DNA of 64,000 nucleotides from Escherichia coli (GTDB lineage Bacteria; Pseudomonadota; Gammaproteobacteria; Enterobacterales; Enterobacteriaceae): NCBI RefSeq assembly GCF_030384885.1, contig NZ_CP128613.1; one strand, 5' to 3'. Shown piece by piece: positions 57,519 to 64,000 of this stretch (position 1 is its first letter; each line of letters starts with the position of its first letter). The notes under the pieces were generated by a model. It saw only the letters and a program-made list of their open reading frames with translations, ran no database searches and was not told where the DNA came from. The position numbers and the translations under genes were made by a program.

Positions 57519-58826
57519 TTATTCGATGCGTTCCCACGGAATAAGATTATCCATAAGAACAGCCAGTAAAATTCCGACCAGTAAGCCGTTACTGAGCAGA
57601 GGACGAAGCGTTAATGGAAGGTCTTGCAGATACACAGGCGGTAATGCCATTAAAAATATGCCGACAAATAACGGCAATGCGAGTCGATAAATATTGCGAG
57701 CGGTAAACGTGATTTGCTGGCTAAACACCAGCGCGGAAAAGAGTAAAGGCAGATAAGAAACCAGCATGACCGCGCTACTCACTGGTAAGGGGATACTGCA
57801 AAACAGTCGCGTGAGTGCCGGAACCAGTGCCACCAGCAGGCAAATAACGCTGCCATAAATAAACGAACGCCGCGTGTAATCGCCAGTCTGGGTTAATAAA
57901 CCAATAGATGAAACAAACGGTGAAAATGGAATTACCGCCAGCGGCACGGTTATCAGCGTCATAAATCCGGTCGCCACAAAGCTGCGACGATAACGCGCAT
58001 TCCCCGCGCCCTGTTGCGGATAAAAAACATCCGTTCCGCGAATCGCACCGTAGGTATTACTGATATTTACCAGACCTGTAATCACCGCCGTCAGAATAAT
58101 CCCCGGCAACAAAGCACCGCCACTGCCAAGCGGGAACCACTGCCAGTGCAACTCACCGGAAAGCGAGTGCGAAGAAGGAAAGCAAAAGTACCACAACAAC
58201 CAGCCGGTTATCGTACCAACCAGTAAGCCGTAACGGGCAAAACGTTGCGGCAGGAAGATAATCATCGCCAGTACCAGGCACATCACCGCGACCGAGAGCG
58301 CGAACGGCGGTAACTGAATTTTAAAATTTGGGTCGGCTATGCCAAACGGCAGGCCGAGCATACCTTTGAAAAAGATAGTGGTCAGCTGCGCGCCCAGCAT
58401 CAACATAAACAAGACCATCACCGACGGCGTAAATAACCGCGCCAGGCGATGACCTAATCCGCTAAAACCAATCAACATCGTCAGCACGCCAGAAATCGCA
58501 ATCCCCACCGCCAGACTGGTAGCGATATCGTTGATCGGGGTCCCGCGCGATGCTTCGCCAAGGGTGATAGTAAGGATGGTTCCCCACCACAGGCCACCCG
58601 GCCCTTCCATAATAGCGCGACGATGACCGCAGAACGCCTGAGCGAAACAGGCCAGCGCGGTAGCAAGAAAAGCATATTGCGTGAGCGTAAGCAGGCTACT
58701 TTGCGGCAACTGAAAAGCCGAAAGTAGCGTAGGAGGAACCACAACCGTGTTACAAAAAATAAAGAAAAACCACTGAAATCCTGATAACAGGCTTTCACGG
58801 CTGACTGCAAAATTGAACATAAACAC
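57519..58826 (-). CDS. ybbY: Putative purine permease (NCS2 family)
   Basis: 435-aa polytopic membrane ORF at the expected position. Confidence 0.85.
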   Translation of the reverse strand: MFMFNFAVSRESLLSGFQWFFFIFCNTVVVPPTLLSAFQLPQSSLLTLTQYAFLATALACFAQAFCGHRRAIMEGPGGLWWGTILTITLGEASRGTPINDIATSLAVGIAISGVLTMLIGFSGLGHRLARLFTPSVMVLFMLMLGAQLTTIFFKGMLGLPFGIADPNFKIQLPPFALSVAVMCLVLAMIIFLPQRFARYGLLVGTITGWLLWYFCFPSSHSLSGELHWQWFPLGSGGALLPGIILTAVITGLVNISNTYGAIRGTDVFYPQQGAGNARYRRSFVATGFMTLITVPLAVIPFSPFVSSIGLLTQTGDYTRRSFIYGSVICLLVALVPALTRLFCSIPLPVSSAVMLVSYLPLLFSALVFSQQITFTARNIYRLALPLFVGIFLMALPPVYLQDLPLTLRPLLSNGLLVGILLAVLMDNLIPWERIE

Positions 58827-58876
58827 ACCTTAACCGGAGAATGCCCGCCGCAAGGACGGGCATTGCAGGGGCCAGA

Positions 58877-60238
58877 TTACTGCTGATGTTTAAGGATAAA
58901 TTGACCTTTCGGCGCAACAGGGAAACCCTGTTCGATGTCGTAAATCACATCACCACGTAAGAGGGTTTTCGTGATACGCGCGCCAATGGTACGGCCAACA
59001 TACGGGCTGACTTTGTGGCGATATTCCAGATCGTCATTGGTAAGAACATAGCTGCTATTCGGCTGAATGAAGACGAAGTCGGCATCTTTTCCTGGGGCGA
59101 TCCGGCCTTTTTGCTGCAAACCGAAAATATCTGCTGCGTTAGTTGCCATTAATTTGCCGAACATCGGCAGAGACATACCACGTTTCTGTACTGCTTCATC
59201 GAACATCACGTCCATGCAGCTTTGCAGACCGGCGATACCGCCCCATGCTTTCATGATGTTGCCTGCTTTCATTTCCGGCGGGCATGGAGAGTGGTCGGAA
59301 ACCAGGCAGTCGATTTCACCGTTAAACAGTTTTTCCCACATGCCTTTCTGGTTTTCCAGATCGCGGATCGGTGGTGAACACTTCGCCAGAGTACCGATTT
59401 CTTCGAACTGATCGGTATCCAGTACAAAGTAATGCGGGCAGGATTCACAGGTAACGTCCTGGCCTTCCTGACGCGCACGAGTCACCTCTTCAACACCTTC
59501 CGGGCTGCTGATGTGGCAAACGTGCAGACGGCAACCGGCGACTTTCGCCAGGTACAGTACGCGGCGAATCGCTTCCACTTCGGTAAACACCGGACGCGAA
59601 GCCACATAGTCATGAGCAGTTACGCGACCTTCGCGCTTCGCTTCTTCGCCCAGTTCGTCACAGATCAGCGCATTTTCGCAGTGCACCAGCACCGGCTGTC
59701 CCAGTTCGCCCAGCTTCTGCGCACCTTTGAAGAACTGCCAGTCATTGACGTCACGGAAGTCGTTGTCGATACCGCGATCGCCACAGGTCGCAACGAAGCA
59801 TTTGAAGCCGACAACGCCCACTTCATCCAGCTCATGCAGACGGTCGATGTTGTAAGACACCAGGCCACCGAGTTGCGCCGCATCGATAGTCAGCTTGCCT
59901 TTAGCGGCATCAAATTTCAGTTCAATCGATGCGCGGTCAACCGTTGCAGGCAGCTGGTTGAGCGGCATTTCGATCATGGTGGTGATACCCCCTTTTGCCG
60001 CTGCGCGAGTACCCGTTTCATAACCTTCCCAGTGGCTACGACCCGGTTCAGAAATATGGGTGTGCGCATCAACCATGCCTGGCGAAACCACCAGACCAGA
60101 CGCATCCATAACTTCTTTTGCATCGCCCAGATCCTGACCGATAGCGGCAATTTTTCCGCCTTTAACGGCGATATCTACAACGCGAGCTTCGTTTTCTAAA
60201 ATAACGGTGCCGTTTTTAATGATTAAATCAAAAGACAT
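58877..60238 (-). CDS. allB: Allantoinase
   Basis: ORF track 58877..60286; start placed at [20 protein letters not shown] (453 aa); amidohydrolase metal-binding motifs. Confidence 0.9.
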   Translation of the reverse strand: MSFDLIIKNGTVILENEARVVDIAVKGGKIAAIGQDLGDAKEVMDASGLVVSPGMVDAHTHISEPGRSHWEGYETGTRAAAKGGITTMIEMPLNQLPATVDRASIELKFDAAKGKLTIDAAQLGGLVSYNIDRLHELDEVGVVGFKCFVATCGDRGIDNDFRDVNDWQFFKGAQKLGELGQPVLVHCENALICDELGEEAKREGRVTAHDYVASRPVFTEVEAIRRVLYLAKVAGCRLHVCHISSPEGVEEVTRARQEGQDVTCESCPHYFVLDTDQFEEIGTLAKCSPPIRDLENQKGMWEKLFNGEIDCLVSDHSPCPPEMKAGNIMKAWGGIAGLQSCMDVMFDEAVQKRGMSLPMFGKLMATNAADIFGLQQKGRIAPGKDADFVFIQPNSSYVLTNDDLEYRHKVSPYVGRTIGARITKTLLRGDVIYDIEQGFPVAPKGQFILKHQQ

Positions 60239-60298
60239 AACAAACTCCTTGTAAAATACAGATTGGTTTTTTAACTCAATGTTCAATATCGGGATTAA

Positions 60299-61753
60299 TT
60301 AACCTGTGACTTTTTGTTCTCCTGTTTTTTCTGCTGCAGTACGTTTCTTTAATAAGGCGTAGGCCGCAAAGGCGACGATGACGCCGACAAACCATGAAAC
60401 ACGCGATAACGGTTCCATAAAGGGAATAAACTTACCGCCAAGAGATAAAATAACGGCGACCAGAGTTACTGAGAACGCGGTGAGGTTAAAGCCGTTATCG
60501 TAATATTTATAATCGCCTGCTGCGGTGTACAGCTCATCAAGATTAATTTGCCCACGCATCACCACAAAATAATGCGCCATCATCACACCAATGACCGGAC
60601 CCAGCATTCCGCCGATAATATCGAGGAACAGATAAATACTGTCCTGATTTTCCATTAACTTCCACGGGCTGATCAGCAGGCTAATAATACTGGCAATCAG
60701 TACGCCATTTTTATAAGTCAGTTTCGTCGGCGCAATAGCGGCAATCTGATATCCGGCTGGAATAATATTACCGGTGGCATTAGTGGAAATGGTCGTCATC
60801 AGAATAACCAGTACCGCAAAGAACGAGGCGAACAGGCTGTCCCAACGCTGAACAATATCCAGCACGTTCCAGGTGTCAGCGCCGTAGTGAATACTGGCTC
60901 CGGCAATAATACATACCCCGGCGACCGCAAACAGAATATAGGCCACAACTAAACCCAGCGTTTGCCCCAGCGCTTGCTCACGAAACGAGTGGGCGTTTTG
61001 CGTAAAGTCGGATGCGCTCACCGCCGGTGCCGCCCAGACCGCAACTACCGCGTTAATCACCACCAGGAACAGGAAGCCACCGTTTTCTGCTTTCTGAATA
61101 CCGCTCGGAATGTAGTCAAAGATTGGACCGATCCCGACCAGCGAAATTGCCCAAATCGCCATACCGCCGAAAACGATATAGATGCACGGGTTAAGAATGG
61201 CAGTGAATTTATTTAAAACTTTTCCGCCGCCAAAACCAATACCAACGTTAACCAGCCAGAAGAGTAAGAAAGTAATTAATCCCGGTAGAGAAAGGCCTAA
61301 CAGAGTGAAATCACCACCGAGAGTCAAAAATCCCGGCCAGATTTTGCCAATCAGAATCAAGCAGGCCAGTGACCCCGCGTAACATTGCAGGCCAAACCAC
61401 ATAATGGCAGCAATACCGCCTCTTAATAATCCGGGAAACAGTGCACCACGTACGCCGTAAGAAGCACGCAGGATCATGGCAAACGGTACGCCGTATTTAC
61501 TGCCCGCAGCACCGTTTAATACCATTACCGCGGCAATGAAAAAGGCACTGAGGATAATTGCCAGCATAATACTAAAGGTAGACAAGCCGAGAATAAAAAA
61601 GCCGCCGACCATCACATAATTGGGAACGTTATGAACCGAACCCATCCATAAGGTAAAATAGTTAAATGTTTTCCAGGTCCGCTGGCTTTGCGTTTTCGGC
61701 AATAGATCTTCGCTATAGCCGCGTTGCTGGAATAGTTTTCTCTGATGTTCCAT
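60299..61753 (-). CDS. ybbW: Allantoin permease (NCS1 family)
   Basis: 484-aa membrane transporter ORF. Confidence 0.85.
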   Translation of the reverse strand: MEHQRKLFQQRGYSEDLLPKTQSQRTWKTFNYFTLWMGSVHNVPNYVMVGGFFILGLSTFSIMLAIILSAFFIAAVMVLNGAAGSKYGVPFAMILRASYGVRGALFPGLLRGGIAAIMWFGLQCYAGSLACLILIGKIWPGFLTLGGDFTLLGLSLPGLITFLLFWLVNVGIGFGGGKVLNKFTAILNPCIYIVFGGMAIWAISLVGIGPIFDYIPSGIQKAENGGFLFLVVINAVVAVWAAPAVSASDFTQNAHSFREQALGQTLGLVVAYILFAVAGVCIIAGASIHYGADTWNVLDIVQRWDSLFASFFAVLVILMTTISTNATGNIIPAGYQIAAIAPTKLTYKNGVLIASIISLLISPWKLMENQDSIYLFLDIIGGMLGPVIGVMMAHYFVVMRGQINLDELYTAAGDYKYYDNGFNLTAFSVTLVAVILSLGGKFIPFMEPLSRVSWFVGVIVAFAAYALLKKRTAAEKTGEQKVTG

Positions 61754-61922
61754 AAATCCCTCTTAATTTCACGTATCGAATAACGCTGTTTTTAATCTAG
61801 CTATGAGGAACAAATAAAAAACAAATATTATTTTAAATACTGAAGCAACATCTTTGGCTGCTTTCTTTTTTAATATTGCTGGCCGATTCATTTTCTGATA
61901 TCGGCCATTTTTATTGCGGGTA

Positions 61923-62801
61923 TCAGGCCAGTTTATGGTTAGCCATTAATTCCAGCGCCTGCACTAACGCAGAGTGATCCAACTGGCTGCCACCGTTTGC
62001 CGCACAGGTATTAAACAATTCCTGGCAGGTCGCGGTGTTTGGCAGGTTCAGCGCCAGTGCTTTCGCACTTTGCAGTGCCAGGTTGAGATCTTTCTGGTGC
62101 AGCGCAATTTTGAAACCTGGATTAAAGGTGCGTTTAATCATGCGCTCACCGTGAACTTCCAGAATACGTGAGGAAGCAAAGCCGCCCATCAGCGCCTGCC
62201 GCACACGTACCGGATCCGCTCCGGCTTTTGAAGCAAACAGCAGGGCTTCAGAAACCGCTTCAATATTGAGCGCCACGATAATCTGATTTGCCACTTTGCA
62301 GGTCTGGCCGTCGCCGTTACCGCCCACGAGGGTGATATTTTTACCGAGCAGTTCAAACAGCGGCTTAACACGTTCAAATACCGCTTCGTCACCGCCAACC
62401 ATAATCGACAACGTCCCTTCACGCGCGCCGATTTCACCGCCGGAGACGGGCGCATCGAGATAATCACCGCCCAGTTCATTCACCTGACGAGCGAAACGTT
62501 TAGTTTCGATCGGGGAAATGGAGCTCATATCAACAATGGTTTTGCCCTTCAGCGAGGCTTTGGTACAACCATTTTCACCAAACAGAACTTCTTCAACCTG
62601 TGGCGTATCCGGCACCATAATAAAAATGATGTCCGATGCTTCCGTTACCTGGCGCGCAGTTTCAACACTGACGGCACCCAGTGACAGTAATTCATCAGCA
62701 ACCGGACCAATGGTTGTGACATGCAGTTGATGACCGGCACGCGCCAGATTAATGGCCATCGGTGTACCCATAATGCCTAAGCCAATAAATCCCAGTTTCA
62801 T
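61923..62801 (-). CDS. glxR: Tartronate semialdehyde (2-hydroxy-3-oxopropionate) reductase
   Basis: 292-aa ORF MKLGFIGLGIMGTPMAINLARAGHQL... with NAD-binding Rossmann motif. Confidence 0.9.
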   Translation of the reverse strand: MKLGFIGLGIMGTPMAINLARAGHQLHVTTIGPVADELLSLGAVSVETARQVTEASDIIFIMVPDTPQVEEVLFGENGCTKASLKGKTIVDMSSISPIETKRFARQVNELGGDYLDAPVSGGEIGAREGTLSIMVGGDEAVFERVKPLFELLGKNITLVGGNGDGQTCKVANQIIVALNIEAVSEALLFASKAGADPVRVRQALMGGFASSRILEVHGERMIKRTFNPGFKIALHQKDLNLALQSAKALALNLPNTATCQELFNTCAANGGSQLDHSALVQALELMANHKLA

Positions 62802-62900
62802 AATTAACCTCTTTTAAATTTCGCTTTTCCTGAATTCAGACAACACGATCCCCTGCCAACTTAGCGGCCTAAAAAAGCATTGCCTGAACAGCGTTACGTT

Positions 62901-63677
62901 TTAACGGTACGGATCCATCCAGCGTAAACCGGCTTCCGTGGTGGTTTGGGGTTTATATTCACACCCAACCCAACCGTTGTAGTCAGAATTTTCAATTACC
63001 GTAAAGAGATACTCATAATTAATTTCTCCGGTTCCCGGTTCGCCGCGATGCGGATTATCGGCAATTTGCAGGTGACCAATTTTATCGGCCCATTGAGTCA
63101 TAGTGTTGGTTAATTCACCTTCCATCCGCTGCATATGATAAATGTCATACTGAATTTTCAAATTGCAGCAACCAACATCATCAATCAGTTTCAGCGCCTG
63201 CCGAGTTCCGGTGAGATGGAAACCAGGAATATCAAAATGGTTGATAGGTTCAATCAGTAATAAAATATCTTCTTTCATCAGCATATTCGCGGCATAACGC
63301 AGGTTTTCTACAAGCGTTGCGTGAATCTGTTCACTGCTGAAACCAGCCGGCGTTTTACCGACCAGACAGTTAATTTTTTTATTACCCAGCGCACGAGCAT
63401 AACGAATCGCTGCTGCTACGCCATCCCGAAACTCTTCTTCACGGCCAGGAATACAAGCAATACCCCGCTCGCCCGCCGCCCAGTCACCTGCCGGTAAATT
63501 GTGCAGCGTATGTTCGAGTTTATTACTCGCCAGCACCTGTTTTAATTCTTCAATGTCGTAGTCATAAGGAAACATAAATTCAACGCCGCGAAAACCACAC
63601 TGCGCAGCTTTCTCAAAACGGGCGAGAAAATCATATTCACCAAATAACATCGATAAATTCGCAGAGAAACGTAACAT
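62901..63677 (-). CDS. hyi: Hydroxypyruvate isomerase
   Basis: 258-aa TIM-barrel (xylose isomerase-like) ORF. Confidence 0.9.
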   Translation of the reverse strand: MLRFSANLSMLFGEYDFLARFEKAAQCGFRGVEFMFPYDYDIEELKQVLASNKLEHTLHNLPAGDWAAGERGIACIPGREEEFRDGVAAAIRYARALGNKKINCLVGKTPAGFSSEQIHATLVENLRYAANMLMKEDILLLIEPINHFDIPGFHLTGTRQALKLIDDVGCCNLKIQYDIYHMQRMEGELTNTMTQWADKIGHLQIADNPHRGEPGTGEINYEYLFTVIENSDYNGWVGCEYKPQTTTEAGLRWMDPYR

Positions 63678-63689
63678 TATTTATCTCCC

Positions 63690-64000
63690 TTATTCATAGT
63701 GCATGAAGCAGGTTTCAGTCGGCGCGTCCGCTGCGTTATCGGCGATATCTTCAAATTCCATGACGTTATCCAGTTCGCTGCCCATTGAAATATTGGTCAC
63801 ACGTTCGAGAATAACTTCCACAACTACCGGAACACGGTATTGCGCCATTAAGGCTTTCGCCTGATCAAAGGCCGGAGCAATATCTTCCGGTTTGAAGACA
63901 CGAATTGCTTTACAACCTAAACCTTCCGCTACTTTTACGTGGTCGACGCCGTAACCGTTCACTTCGCTGGAGTTAATATTTTCGAACGCGAGCTGTACGC
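63690..64000 (-). CDS. gcl: Glyoxylate carboligase, C-terminal part (gene runs off window end)
   Basis: Minus-strand ORF with no start inside the window; C-terminal sequence ...[21 protein letters not shown] recognised as Gcl. Confidence 0.85.
   Translation of the reverse strand, partial: VQLAFENINSSEVNGYGVDHVKVAEGLGCKAIRVFKPEDIAPAFDQAKALMAQYRVPVVVEVILERVTNISMGSELDNVMEFEDIADNAADAPTETCFMHYE

Noticed and set aside
61880..61910. Hairpin GGCCGATTCATTTTCTGATATCGGCC followed by T-rich sequence between ybbW and glxR
   Set aside because: It is oriented as a plus-strand terminator while both flanking genes are on the minus strand; more likely an intergenic stem-loop or operon-internal attenuating structure, and I cannot support a specific call.

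Overview
Escherichia coli chromosomal segment, in reverse orientation relative to the K-12 map, running from the enterobactin cluster to the glyoxylate/allantoin cluster. Gene order: entF' - ybdZ - fes - fepA - entD - three tandem hok/mok units - ybdK - ybdJ - ybdF - nfsB - ybdG - pheP - cusABFC / cusRS - a ~7 kb accessory island - nfrB - nfrA - ybcH - envY - argU tRNA - fimZ - sfmFHDCA - folD - ybcJ - ybcI - cysS - ppiB - lpxH - purEK - ybcF - ylbF - ylbE - fdrA - allDCE - glxK - ybbY - allB - ybbW - glxR - hyi - gcl'. All gene calls rest on recognising the translated ORFs from memory; no database search was run. Most of the window is ordinary core genome. Two accessory regions stand out. (1) The island between cusS and nfrB (20620-27557) holds a 5'-truncated orphan Rhs fragment with a variable C-terminal domain that looks like a PD-(D/E)xK nuclease toxin, a low-GC candidate immunity gene, a second Rhs core remnant, an H-repeat (ISAs1-like) transposase, a group II intron inserted antisense at the H-rpt stop codon, and a partial H-rpt duplication bounded by a 15-bp direct repeat. 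The toxin/immunity pair is the best candidate for an uncharacterised system here. (2) Between entD and ybdK there are three tandem ~502-bp hok/mok units with no IS186, and the first copy carries a 1-nt mok frameshift. Other notable points: sfmF has an in-frame TGA at codon 55, and no lambdoid prophage, ompT or appY lies between envY and argU.
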